NCBI GenBank assembly: GCA_038046385.1 | Contig: JBBSWH010000010.1 | Coordinates: 1 to 57,834, forward strand | DNA: 57,834 nt | Origin: Nanobdellota archaeon | Lineage (GTDB): Archaea > Nanobdellota > Nanobdellia > Woesearchaeales > GW2011-AR4 | Reading direction: 5' to 3' | Shown: positions 28,501 to 38,810 of the stretch, piece after piece | How the letters are laid out: every line of letters begins with the position of its first letter | How positions within the stretch are numbered: position 1 is the first letter of the stretch | The notes under the pieces: generated by a model | Told to the model about the DNA's origin: nothing | Seen by the model: only the letters and a program-made list of their open reading frames with translations | The model's database searches: none | Translations under genes and position numbers: made by a program

Positions 28501-31500
28501 GGAGAAGATGAAGAAATGTTTTGGGAGAAAAGCCCAGATGAATTGTAGACATATACTACTATTTTGTCCAGCGTTCCTGACGTGGCTGCAGTTGCATTAA
28601 CTTCGATGTTAGTTGCAACAGATCCACTTCTTCTTGTTGGAATGGCAAACGAAATATTCACTGCAGGCGCCTGGCCTCCGTCGGTTATGGTCCAGCCGTA
28701 AGTTCCTGTCAAAACTAATCTTGCATCTGTAGCTGCACCAGGACTGTACTTGGAACTTCCTCCATGGAAGGATACTCCTGACTTCAAAGACCGCTGAGAC
28801 CACCCCATCAATACACCATCATAATTTGGTGTTGATAGGTTTGCGCCGTTGAACATGTCTACCATGGTTGTGACGTTTGATACATTCCATCTTCCTAAAT
28901 CCCGGTTAAAAGATGCAGCAGTGTAGAACATATAATCCATGTCGGAAACTTTTGATACATTCCATCTTACTATGTCTTGGTTGAAAGAAGTAGCACCATA
29001 GAACATACTATCCATCGTTGTCACATTGTGCACATCCCAGTTGCTTATATCTTGATTAAAAGATGAGGCATACTGGAACATATTTACCATAGTTGTTACA
29101 TTCGATACATCCCAGTTGATTAGGTTTTGGTTGAAAGCTAAGGCATTCCTAAACATGTATGACATATCTGTGACTTTTCTAGTGTCCCATCCGCTTATGT
29201 TTTGGTTGAAAACAGAGGCACCATCAAACATCAGGGACATGGTTGTGACGTTTGATGTGTTCCATCTTCCTATGTCTTGGTTGAAACTAGTTGCACCACC
29301 GAACATCCAATTCATAATTACCAAATTGTGCGTGTTCCAGTTGCTTATGCTACCATTGAAATTTGGACAATTTTGAAACATTCGATTCATGTCTGTGACT
29401 TTTGAAGTGTCCCAGTTGCTTATGTTTTGGTTGAAAGAACAACAAGAAGGAGCGCAACTCCACGAGAGGAACATCCCTCCCATGTCTGTGACTTTTGATG
29501 TGTTCCATCTTCCTATGTCTTGGTTGAAAGATGGAGCATCAAAGAACATGCTTGCCATTGTTGTTACATTTGATACATCCCAGTTGCTTATGTTGCCATT
29601 GAAAGCATAATTAGTCAGAAACATATTCCTCATGTTTGTGACGCTTGATGTATTCCAATTATTTAAGCTTTGATTGAAAGATGAACTGCTGAACATTGAA
29701 TACATGGTTGTGACGCTTGATGTATTCCAGTTAGTTATGTTTTGGTTGAAGGTTGATCCCGAAAACATATTCTCCATGTTTGTGACTATTCCCGTGTTCC
29801 AGCTGCTTATGTTGCCATTGAAATTTGTATTAGTAAACATAGTGCTCATGCTTGTGACTTTTCCCGTGTCCCAGTTGTTTAGATTTTGATTGAAAGCGGA
29901 AGCAATATAGAACATTGCATACATGGTTGTGACTTTTGACGTGTTCCAATTACCTATGGATTTGTTGAAAGATGTTGCACTCTGAAACATACTTTGCATA
30001 TTTGTTACATTCGATACATCCCAGTTGCTTATGTTGCCATTGAAAGATGTCGCACTCGTAAATGCGTTTTGCATATCTGTTGTATTTGTCACGTTGAGGG
30101 TGTCGTTTCCTATAAAGTTCATGTTGCTGCACCCATAGAAATATCCGTTATTGTTGCCTAGTCTCAGACTGCCCCAATTCTTTATGTCTTTTATCTTCAG
30201 CCTGTCGCCACCGTTGTTGAACCTAAATCCAGTTATTGTTCCGGTTATGTTTATTGTGTAGATTCCTTCAATGGAGTAGTTATGCGTGACTTCTGCCTGG
30301 TTGTATGCAGTTATGGTATGATTGCTTCCATCACCCCATGCAACATTGAAATTGTATGTTCCTCCTGATTCCAAAGGAAGTGTGATCCGGCTGCTGTTCG
30401 ATGAGCCGCTGCTTGTTGCGCTTGTGTTCCATGTTGAGATGAAGCTGCTGCCATAATCAACAGCTCCGCCGTCAGTTATCGTCCAGCCGTATGCTGAAAT
30501 AATTCTTTGTCTAGCAGCTGCAACTGTACCGGGACTGTATTTAGAATTACCAGCACTAAAAGACACACCTGACTGCAATGGCAGCTGCGACCAGCCTGAC
30601 AACAAGCTGTCATAGTTGGGGACTGATAATTGATTAGAGAACATACTTGTCATGGTTGTGACTCTTGATACGTTCCATCTTCCTATATCCTGGTTGAAAG
30701 ATGTTGCACCGTTGAACATATTCGCCATGCTCGTTACATTCGATACATCCCAGTTGCTTATGTTGCCATTGAAAGATGTAGCACTACCGAACATATTTTC
30801 CATGCTCGTTACATTTGATACATCCCAGTTGCTTAGATTTTGATTAAAAGATGTTGCACCGGTGAACATAACTGACATGTCTGTTACTTTTGAAGTGTCC
30901 CAGTTGCTTATGTTTTGATTGAAATCAGAAGCACCATAGAACATTCCTCCCATGGTTGTGACTTTTGATGTGTTCCAATTGCCTAGATTTTGATTAAAAG
31001 ATGTAACAGAGTTAAACATTTGCCCCATGTTTGTGACGTTTGAAGTGTCCCAGTTGCTTATGTTGCCATTGAAAGCGGAAGCACCGTAGAACATACTTGC
31101 CATGGTTGTGACTTTTGAAGTGTCCCAGTTGCTTATGTTGCCATTGAAAGATGTCGCACTCTGAAACATACTTAGCATAGTTGTTACATTAGATACATCC
31201 CAGTTGCTTAGATTTTGATTAAAAGATGTAGCAAGATAGAACATAGTTCTCATGTTTGTGACTTTTGATGTGTTCCAATTGCTTATGTTGCCATTGAAAG
31301 ATGTTGCAGTCGAAAACGCGTTTAGCATCGTCGTCGTACCTGTCAGATTTGGCGCATCTGTGGCATAAGAATTAAAGTTGGCTGCACCAGAAAAGTATCC
31401 TCCGCTATTTCCTAAACTAATATTGCCCCACTTGGTGACATTTATCAATTTCAATTTGTCACCGGCATTGTTGAACGTGAATCCCCTTATTGTTCCGCTG

Positions 31501-31811
31501 ATGTTTATTGTGTAGTTTCCCGAAATGCTGTAGTTATGGGTGACTTCTGCCTGGTTGTATGCAGTTATGGCGTCTATGTTTCCGTCGCCCCACGAAACAT
31601 TGAAGTTGTATGTTCCTCCTGATTCTAAAGGAAGTGTGATCTGGCTGCTGTTTGACGAGCCTGCGCTGGTCTTGCCTGTGTCCCATCCAGAGATAAAATT
31701 GCCGGCAAACGCCTGGTTTGCATTCAGCAGAGCCAGAACAAAACAAAAAGATAGGAATCTTAAAAGGGAATCTCCTAACTTACTTGCGTGCCCACTTCCT
31801 TTTTTAACCAT
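25569..31811 (-). CDS. Giant DUF285/BspA-like surface protein (2080 codons) interrupted by one in-frame TGA at 26862-26864
   Basis: Signal peptide; two PKD-like + DUF285 modules; Ig-like region; Thr/Gly linker GGA-GGA-TGA-GGC. The frame continues into ORF 25569-26765 (helical stalk, TM, SHOCT-like repeats). Confidence 0.88.
28855..30065 (-). repeat. DUF285 repeat array 2, about 16 units
   Basis: Same repeat unit, counted by eye. Confidence 0.9.
30645..31320 (-). repeat. DUF285 75-bp (25-aa) repeat array 1, about 9 units
   Basis: FNxNISNWDxSxVTxMxxMF units; CAGTTGCTTA recurs at 75-bp spacing (e.g. 31126, 31201). Confidence 0.9.
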
Positions 31812-31829
31812 TTTTAATCTACTCTTTTT

Positions 31830-34478
31830 TTATGCTACCTGCTCTGTTCTTGTCATAAAATGCTTATGCAGCTCTATTGAAATTGTCCCTATAGAAGCAA
31901 CTGCAAACAGCACAAGAATCTCAACAGTTCCAAGCCGCACTATATCAAACAAGCTTCTTAGTGCAGGCACAAACATTCCCAAGAGTAGTATTGTTAATGA
32001 AGACACAACTGCCAGCACAAGGTACTTGTTCTTGAAAAATCCTAATTTGGTTATTGGGTATATTGTCGACCTGCAGGAGAATGACCTGTACAATTCAGAT
32101 ATGGCAATCATCACGAAAGTTGCAGTCTGCGCATGGATAAGGTCCCCTTTGGCAAAGTAAAACCAAGAGAATACAGACAATGCGCTTATTGTCAATATTA
32201 TTGGATATGCTGTAAGCATAAAACCAAGTCCTTTGTAAATCGGCTCGTCTTTGTTTCTTGGCTTTCTTGACATTGCATTCGGCTCAAACGGATCAACGCT
32301 TAATGCAATTGCCGGCAGGCCGTCTGTTACAAGATTTATCAGAAGAAGCTGTATTGCAGTCAATACCAGCGGCAACCCCGCCAATGTTCCAAAAAATATT
32401 ATTAAAACCTCGCCTATGTTGCATGAAACAAGATAGCTGAAATATTTTCTTATGTTGTCATATATGCCGCGGCCTTCCTCAACAGCATTTACAATGGATG
32501 CAAAATTATCATCAGTAAGGATCATATCGCTCGCTTCCTTCGCAACATCTGTTCCTGATATTCCCATCGCAATCCCTATGTCTGCTTTTTTCAGCGCAGG
32601 CGCATCATTTACACCGTCACCAGTCATTGCGACAGTGTAGCCTTTCTTTTTCAGGGCTTCAACAATTTTTATCTTGTGCTCAGGATTGACACGCGCGAAA
32701 ATAGAAGTTTCATCCACAATATCATCAAGATGCTCCAGCTCGTCAAGCTTGTTTCCGGATATTGTTTTTCCTTTTAATCCTATCTCCCTTGCAATTGCGC
32801 CTGCAGTTATCTCATGGTCTCCTGTAATCATGATTACCCTTATTCCTGCTTTGTTGCATTTCTCAATTGCAATTTTTACTTCTTCCCTTGGCGGGTCAAT
32901 CATTCCCTGTATTCCTGCAAATATGAGGTTCTTTTCCGGGTTTGTATCTGTAACGGTTTTGTATGCAAATCCCAAAACTCTTAGTGCTTCGTTTGCAAAT
33001 TCTTTGCTGGCTTCAAGAATAGATTCTTTTTCACCATCAGATAATTTTTCTATATTTCCGTCTACATAAGCATAATTACAAAGCTTAATTATGACTTCAG
33101 GCGCGCCTTTAACGAAAGCAAGCTTTTCGCCATGATGATCATGAACTGTTGTCATCATCTTTCTTTCGCTTGTAAATTCTATCTCATCTATTCTGGGATA
33201 TTCGGCTTCAAGATTTTCTTTTATCAGACCTGATTTTGCAGCGCTCACAATCAAAGCGCCTTCTGTCGGGTCGCCTATTATTGTTCCTTCCTTGAGGCTT
33301 GCATCGTTGTTCAATGCGCCTATCTTGAGGACCATCTCCAGCTCTGATGGGTCAATCTGTTTTCCTTTATAGAGGAATTTTCCCTTGGTGCCGTAACCCG
33401 AGCCTTCAACGTCTATGATTTTGTTGTTTGCAAAAATTTTCTTGACAGTCATCTCATTCTTTGTCAGAGTTCCGGTTTTGTCGGTGCAGATGACATTGAC
33501 TTCTCCAAGAGTTTCAACACTCGGCAACCTTCTGATTAGCGCATTTCTTTTCAGCATTCTTTGAGTTCCTACAGCCAATGAAATTGTAACTACAACCGGA
33601 AGGCCTTCAGGGATTGCTGCAACAGCAAGAGAAACAGCAACAATCAGCATCTCGACCATTGGGGCTTCGTGAACAAGCAAACCAACCAAAAACACTGCAG
33701 TAGCTATGCCTATTGTCGCGTAACCCATAGTTCTGCCCAGTTGGTCCATCTTTTTCTGCAGGGGGGTCTCTTCATCATGAACATCTTCAATCATCTTTGC
33801 GATTTTTCCTATCTCAGTTTGCATACCAGTTCCTGCAACAACCGCTTTTGCCCTGCCGCTGACAACAATAGTTCCGGCAAACACCATATTCTTCCTGTCT
33901 GCAATTGGCGTTTTTTCATCAAGCTCATTTGTGTGCTTCTTGACTGGCTGGGACTCTCCTGTAAGCGCGCCTTCCTGCACCTGCAAATTGAAAGATTCTA
34001 TCAGCCTCGAATCGGCTGGCACTTTATCGCCTGTTTCAAGAAGCATTATATCGCCAGGAACAAGGTTTTTTGCATCAATGTCTTTTTTTTCACCATCTCT
34101 TAGGACAGTTGCTTTCAATGAAGCCATTTTTTTTAATGCATCAATTGCCTTTTCCGCATTGTACTCCTGCACAAATCCAAGAACGGCAATCACGACAAGT
34201 ATGGCGAATATCACAATTGCATCAACAAACTCTTCAGGAAAAACATCTTTCGTATTCATGAAGCCAATTATTACGGATATTATAACAGCAGCAATAAGAA
34301 TGTAAACCACCATACTGTTAAGCTGCTGGAAGAAAATCTTCCATGGGGATATTTTTTTGCCTTCCTTCAGCTCATTCAATCCATATTTTTTTATTCTTTC
34401 ATCTGCATCCTTTTGCGATAATCCCTTTTCAGACGAATTTAATTCTTTTAAGGCATCCTTTACTGTCTTGTCGTGCAT
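31830..34478 (-). CDS. P-type ATPase, P2A (Ca2+-transporting) type
   Basis: TGES, IPEGLP, DKTGTLT, KGAPE, TGDGVNDAPAL, NLVTDGLPA. Confidence 0.96.
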   Translation of the reverse strand: MHDKTVKDALKELNSSEKGLSQKDADERIKKYGLNELKEGKKISPWKIFFQQLNSMVVYILIAAVIISVIIGFMNTKDVFPEEFVDAIVIFAILVVIAVLGFVQEYNAEKAIDALKKMASLKATVLRDGEKKDIDAKNLVPGDIMLLETGDKVPADSRLIESFNLQVQEGALTGESQPVKKHTNELDEKTPIADRKNMVFAGTIVVSGRAKAVVAGTGMQTEIGKIAKMIEDVHDEETPLQKKMDQLGRTMGYATIGIATAVFLVGLLVHEAPMVEMLIVAVSLAVAAIPEGLPVVVTISLAVGTQRMLKRNALIRRLPSVETLGEVNVICTDKTGTLTKNEMTVKKIFANNKIIDVEGSGYGTKGKFLYKGKQIDPSELEMVLKIGALNNDASLKEGTIIGDPTEGALIVSAAKSGLIKENLEAEYPRIDEIEFTSERKMMTTVHDHHGEKLAFVKGAPEVIIKLCNYAYVDGNIEKLSDGEKESILEASKEFANEALRVLGFAYKTVTDTNPEKNLIFAGIQGMIDPPREEVKIAIEKCNKAGIRVIMITGDHEITAGAIAREIGLKGKTISGNKLDELEHLDDIVDETSIFARVNPEHKIKIVEALKKKGYTVAMTGDGVNDAPALKKADIGIAMGISGTDVAKEASDMILTDDNFASIVNAVEEGRGIYDNIRKYFSYLVSCNIGEVLIIFFGTLAGLPLVLTAIQLLLINLVTDGLPAIALSVDPFEPNAMSRKPRNKDEPIYKGLGFMLTAYPIILTISALSVFSWFYFAKGDLIHAQTATFVMIAISELYRSFSCRSTIYPITKLGFFKNKYLVLAVVSSLTILLLGMFVPALRSLFDIVRLGTVEILVLFAVASIGTISIELHKHFMTRTEQVA

Positions 34479-34479
34479 A

Positions 34480-34806
34480 TTATAGCGTGTTGCTTATGTC
34501 CTCTTTTGTTTTTGTCCTCATTCCCTTGAGTTTTATTACGAAATATTCCAAACAATCCAATCCGCAGAAGCTGGCCTTTTTCTTGAAATCATCAGGGCCA
34601 AATACAATGGTGTAATTGTTGGTCTTGTAAAAGTTTAATTCTCCTGAACAGGTTGAGCAGACTTTTTCATGCTCTTTTAATCTTTTTTTTATTTTTTCTT
34701 CGAGAAGCTTCTTTATTGAGATACTTCCATGGTCTATGTCTTCCTTGAATCTCATCAGCTCATGATAATCTAATACGTCCACAACATCCTCAAAACGCCT
34801 GTTCAT
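34480..34806 (-). CDS. Small Cys-motif (TRASH-like) protein
   Basis: CSTC...FCGLDC; GAGGTG RBS. Confidence 0.75.
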   Translation of the reverse strand: MNRRFEDVVDVLDYHELMRFKEDIDHGSISIKKLLEEKIKKRLKEHEKVCSTCSGELNFYKTNNYTIVFGPDDFKKKASFCGLDCLEYFVIKLKGMRTKTKEDISNTL

Positions 34807-34902
34807 TACATCCACCTCATTGTTTTGATTTTTTTTAAATTTATTTTAATCTATGATTATAATTTTATTTTTTGAAATTTTTATTATGATTCATAATTAT
34901 AA

Positions 34903-34962
34903 TTTTATTTCCGTCCTTCGGACAAACGTTACAGCTCGCTGGCACCATAACCAGCTCGCTAT
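34903..34962 (-). repeat. REP-like palindromic element (family B)
   Basis: ATAGC-GA-GCTGG...CCAGC-GA-GCTGT hairpin, then TTTGT-CCGAAGG-ACGGAA. Confidence 0.7.
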
Positions 34963-35019
34963 ACATTGAAAATTTTTGAAATTTTCGAGGTCCGCAAATC
35001 TTCGATTTGCTTGACATTG
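34963..35019. mobile_element. 51-bp double-hairpin element (family A) between ACATTG direct repeats
   Basis: Minus strand TGTCAA-GCAAATC/GATTTGC-linker-GAAAATT/AATTTTC; ACATTG at 34963 and 35014. Confidence 0.65.
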
Positions 35020-35028
35020 TACATTTCT

Positions 35029-35193
35029 TCATTCCCTCTCCTTGAATTTTACATCCCATTTGTTTGATGTTTCATCATATGCGAAAATCACATTGTACTT
35101 TTTGTTCATGTCAAGAGCGAAAAGAAGCTGTATTGGAATAGTAGTCTCATAGCTAGAACCTCGTTTGTATAGTTTTCTTCTGAATTCTACCAT
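35029..35193 (-). CDS. Small AbrB/SpoVT-fold DNA-binding protein, 54 aa (not in ORF track)
   Basis: MVEFRRKLYKRGSSYETTIPIQLLFALD...NVIFAYD; TATA (TTATATAAAT) upstream. Confidence 0.75.
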   Translation of the reverse strand: MVEFRRKLYKRGSSYETTIPIQLLFALDMNKKYNVIFAYDETSNKWDVKFKERE

Positions 35194-35195
35194 AT

Positions 35196-35301
35196 TACTT
35201 ATTTTAATACTTAATAAAATACTTATTTATATAACTTCCCTTTTAAATTTCAGCTTAAATTAAAGAAGTACTTATTTAACAGCTTATTTATATACTTATT
35301 T
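35196..35301. promoter_or_regulatory. Two triplets of TACTTATTT-like direct repeats with 12-bp period (candidate operator)
   Basis: Copies start at 35196, 35208, 35220 and 35269, 35281, 35293. Confidence 0.6.
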
Positions 35302-35350
35302 ATTATTACTTTGTAAAAATTTAAATAAGCAACACTATCTCCTTATCCTT

Positions 35351-35659
35351 ATGGGCGTTATTATTGACTATATACTTGCTGTTGGAGATTCTGCAGAACT
35401 GCATGACATAAGGGCACATTTGCCGATTAATGTAGCTATATCTGACCCCATATCGGCTGATGAAGCAGTTGCTATTTTACGGCAGCCAAGCCCCCCTTAT
35501 CCTGTAAATATTTTACTTTCGACAAGAATTCCCTGGGTAGACTATGAAAGAATGCGCCATTTAGCTTCTGCCAGCAAAGGAACTGTACTAAAAAATTTCT
35601 ATAACGGCCAAACAACAGAAACAATGCTTGCAAATTTTGGACTTCCTAGCTCTCCATGA
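35351..35659 (+). CDS. Hypothetical protein
   Basis: 102 aa; TATA upstream; ATGA overlap with dtdA. Confidence 0.65.
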   Translation: MGVIIDYILAVGDSAELHDIRAHLPINVAISDPISADEAVAILRQPSPPYPVNILLSTRIPWVDYERMRHLASASKGTVLKNFYNGQTTETMLANFGLPSSP

Positions 35660-36483
35660 TTAAAACAGTAGCAATAATCTCATCCTCGAAAGATCCTGCC
35701 GGAATCAATATACGGCAAAATCTCATTAAGCATTATGAATTCAAGAATTCAAGCAATAAATTTGACGGCAATGATATTTTTGAATCAAAACTTGAGGGTA
35801 AAACAGTAAAATTATATTTAACAAATGGTGAGTTAACCCATTCTGAAAACATTGACAAGAGAATTGATGCGGGCATTCTTGTTTTTGCTTCAAAACACAG
35901 GTCAAAAGAGAACACAAAGTCATTTGCAGTGCATTCAATCGGCAATTGGGGCACTGCAGAACTTGGCGGAAAAGAAAAAATGCTTTGCCCATCTTCTGCA
36001 TTGTTATTGAAAAATATGTTTATTGAGTTAAACAAGACAGCAAAAGATTCAGGATACGAGCTTACATTGGAAGCAACGCATCACGGGCCTTATACAGAAA
36101 AGCCTTCTGTTTTTGTCGAGATTGGAAGCACGGAAGCAGAATGGATAAACGAAGAAAACGGAAAAACAATTGCCGATACAATAATGAACGGCTTAAAGAA
36201 CGAAAACAATAATTATAAAATTGCGCTCGGCATCGGAGGGCCGCACTACTGCAGCAACTTCAACAAGATTGCATTAAGAACAAATGTTGCATTATCTTTT
36301 ATCTGCCCGAAGTTTAATATTGATAAGCTGGATGAAAACCTAATCAAACAAGCAATAGAAAAAACAATCGAAAAAATCGATTTTGTTGTCCTGGACTGGA
36401 AAGGGCTTGGAGCGGAAAAACAGAGAATAATCGCTTTGCTCAAAGAATCCAATATAGAATGCAAAAGAACTGACAAACTTTAA
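35656..36483 (+). CDS. dtdA: Archaeal D-aminoacyl-tRNA deacylase
   Basis: SSKDPAGINI, FASKHRS, VHSIGNW, EATHHGP, FVEIGSTE, GIGGPHY, DWKG. Confidence 0.93.
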   Translation: MIKTVAIISSSKDPAGINIRQNLIKHYEFKNSSNKFDGNDIFESKLEGKTVKLYLTNGELTHSENIDKRIDAGILVFASKHRSKENTKSFAVHSIGNWGTAELGGKEKMLCPSSALLLKNMFIELNKTAKDSGYELTLEATHHGPYTEKPSVFVEIGSTEAEWINEENGKTIADTIMNGLKNENNNYKIALGIGGPHYCSNFNKIALRTNVALSFICPKFNIDKLDENLIKQAIEKTIEKIDFVVLDWKGLGAEKQRIIALLKESNIECKRTDKL

Positions 36484-37034
36484 TCTGCAAGATCTTCATG
36501 CGTCTTTTCAAACTCTTCCCTGAGCTCTGCCTCTTTTTTTCTAAGCAGCTTGCCTTCTTCTTCTATGTCGCCGTAGATTTTTACCTGAATCTGCCTTGCT
36601 TCCTTAATTAATTTTAATACTTTTTTGTCATTTGCAGGCATATCTTTCAAAAACAGGTTTATTGCAGTGTTAATCTGGCCAAGCAAATGCCTTTCCCTGT
36701 CTACTTCTATGTTTTCATCTGCCAGGATATCAAGGTTTTTTTCAATCCATCCAAGGTAAGGCTGTTTTTTCTCAATTCCAGGAACTTTTAGCTTAATTGC
36801 TTTTTCATAAATCTTTAAGAGGACACCTTTTAATTTCTTCGCATGGTAATTCTCGTCTTTCTCATCTTTTTCAGCTTCCTTGTCTATGTCCATTATTTTT
36901 CTGTCTTCTTTTATGGTGTCGCTGTCTTTTTCCCCCAATAATCCTTTCCATGGCCTTGCCTTTATCAGCCAGAATACAAATACAAGGACTATCAAAACAA
37001 GAACGCTAATGCCCACTATACCCAATTCAGCCAT
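36480..37034 (-). CDS. Membrane-anchored helical hypothetical protein
   Basis: N-terminal TM followed by charged helices. Confidence 0.75.
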   Translation of the reverse strand: MAELGIVGISVLVLIVLVFVFWLIKARPWKGLLGEKDSDTIKEDRKIMDIDKEAEKDEKDENYHAKKLKGVLLKIYEKAIKLKVPGIEKKQPYLGWIEKNLDILADENIEVDRERHLLGQINTAINLFLKDMPANDKKVLKLIKEARQIQVKIYGDIEEEGKLLRKKEAELREEFEKTHEDLAD

Positions 37035-37097
37035 TAAAAAATTAACAAGAAACAGAGTTTAAATATCTTATGAATTAAAAAAATAATCAAAAAAAAT

Positions 37098-37874
37098 TTA
37101 TTTTTTCTTATCGTCTTTCTTTGGCGCTGCGCCGGCTGCCGGTGCTGCTCCTGCCGCTGTGGCTCCTGCCGCTGTGGCTGCTTCAACTGGCAACAACTCC
37201 TTGATCATTTCATCTGGGACACCTGCCGCAACCAACTTGACTTTGATTTCTCCTCTTGTCTTGCCAGCCATCTCAGCAATGATTGCTTTTGCAGTCTTTT
37301 CGAATTCTGCCCTTCTCTTTGCAAGGCCTTCAGCAAGCCTTTGTTTCTCAACTTCAAGCTTTGCAAGCTCTTCTGCTGACAATTCAGTCTTTTCAGTTCT
37401 GATTTCTTCGTCAAACATACCTGCTTCGATATCCCTTAGGGTGTCTTTTGCCTGCTTTCCTTCAACAAGGATTCCCATTGACTGGCACGTCCCAACTATC
37501 TCTTTTACCTTTTCCTTTAGTGATTTTCCAAGTGTAGCTGTTTCTTTCATCTTTGCTACTTTAATTATTTGTTCTATAAGAATGTCAGCGACCATTTCGT
37601 GTTTTGGCTTGCCAGATGCCTTCTCTATATTTGCTTCTTTCTTTATCAGTCCAGAAGCCGGAGGAGTTCCTATTGTTATGTCAAATTCTTTAGTTTCCTT
37701 GTCAATCATTATCTTGACAGGAACTTGCATGCCTGCGAATGAAGCGGTTTTCTTGTTTATTTCTGCAATAACCTGGCCTATGTTGACTCCCATCGGACCC
37801 AAAGCAGGACCTAATGGAGGCGCAGCTGTTGCCTTTCCGCCTTCAACCAATGCTTCAACTTTTTCTCTTGCCAT
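37098..37874 (-). CDS. rpl11: 50S ribosomal protein uL11 with ~95-aa C-terminal extension
   Basis: GGKATAAPPLGPALGPMG...VGTCQSMG; follows spt5. Confidence 0.96.
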   Translation of the reverse strand: MAREKVEALVEGGKATAAPPLGPALGPMGVNIGQVIAEINKKTASFAGMQVPVKIMIDKETKEFDITIGTPPASGLIKKEANIEKASGKPKHEMVADILIEQIIKVAKMKETATLGKSLKEKVKEIVGTCQSMGILVEGKQAKDTLRDIEAGMFDEEIRTEKTELSAEELAKLEVEKQRLAEGLAKRRAEFEKTAKAIIAEMAGKTRGEIKVKLVAAGVPDEMIKELLPVEAATAAGATAAGAAPAAGAAPKKDDKKK

Positions 37875-37906
37875 TTTTGTTTAGGAAATTAAATCGGTTT
37901 AAAAAT

Positions 37907-38413
37907 CTATAGCCCTTCATCATCTTTTTCTTCCATTTCAATAGAAGATTCGCCTGCAGTGTCCCTTCTTATGACTTTGACTGCATCCATCTTTACAGTT
38001 ATAGGGATTGGGACTGCTGCCTCAAGCAATTCGACAACAACTTCTTCTTTTGTCTTGTCGATTCTTGTGATTTTTGCATTTTCTCTCTTGAATGGGCCTG
38101 ATATGATTTCAACAATGTCATTCTTCTGGATGTTCATTTCATGCTTAACTTGCTCAAGCATATGTTCTATTTCAGAATATTTAACTGGTTCTTTTAAAAT
38201 TCCCCTTGCATAAGGTATGTTAAAAGCAGCCTGTTCTGCATCCACTTTTGTAGCTGCTTCTATGAAAATGTAACCCCTCATTCCGTGAGGCCTGATTACA
38301 GAATAGATTTCAAGCTTCTTTTTTGTAGCGTTGCTTGATACGAAGTCTGCAACCTGATCTTCTCTGTTTGCAGTTGTTCTTAATGCAAATATCGTTTCGT
38401 TTTCCCGTGTCAT
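37907..38413 (-). CDS. spt5: Transcription elongation factor Spt5
   Basis: NGN (ALRTTANRE, GYIFIEA) plus KOW (DIVEIISGPFK). Confidence 0.96.
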   Translation of the reverse strand: MTRENETIFALRTTANREDQVADFVSSNATKKKLEIYSVIRPHGMRGYIFIEAATKVDAEQAAFNIPYARGILKEPVKYSEIEHMLEQVKHEMNIQKNDIVEIISGPFKRENAKITRIDKTKEEVVVELLEAAVPIPITVKMDAVKVIRRDTAGESSIEMEEKDDEGL

Positions 38414-38504
38414 TTTTGTTTAATTGTTATCTGGATTTTTGGTCAAGCTTTTTGCGGACGCAAAAAGGTTGGCGAATATCGTTTCGTTTTCCCGTGTCAT
38501 TTTT
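38388..38504. repeat. 30-bp direct duplication of the spt5 start region flanking a hairpin insert
   Basis: AATATCGTTTCGTTTTCCCGTGTCATTTTT at 38388-38417 and 38475-38504; hairpin CTTTTTGCG/CGCAAAAAG between. Confidence 0.9.
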
Positions 38505-38606
38505 TACCTTATGATACTGCTTCACTAACTAGCCCTTTTCGATTCGGAAAAAACTAGAATTAAGATATTGGATGGGGAGGTTGTTTATAAAGGTTTTGAA
38601 ACTTAA

Positions 38607-38801
38607 TCAGAAAAACAATAATTTAACCATCTGAATCAGAAATCCAATAAGCCCTATAACAAGGATTCCAAGCCCGCTGACTTTGACTATTGTCTTGAAC
38701 TCGTATGCATTCGGCTTCTTTGTAATTTTTAATACTCTTATACATTCCATTACAAAAGCCTTGGTCTTATATTGCCACGATGTGGTGTTTTGTTCTTCCA
38801 T
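38607..38801 (-). CDS. secE: Protein translocase SecE/Sec61-gamma
   Basis: ECIRVLKITKKP..EF..IVKVSGLG + TM; conserved position. Confidence 0.95.
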   Translation of the reverse strand: MEEQNTTSWQYKTKAFVMECIRVLKITKKPNAYEFKTIVKVSGLGILVIGLIGFLIQMVKLLFF

Positions 38802-38810
38802 TTTGCAGAA

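Noticed and set aside
28855-31320. CRISPR array or DGR template/variable repeat
   Set aside because: These are in-frame 75-bp coding repeats; no cas or reverse transcriptase gene is in the window.
34865-35059. 64-aa ORF as a real protein
   Set aside because: Most of it is made of two adjacent palindromic elements, so the open frame may be incidental.
37159-37884. Long antisense ORFs (e.g. 37159-37884, 31540-32160, 1228-1755, 3698-4237)
   Set aside because: Shadows of well-supported genes on the opposite strand.
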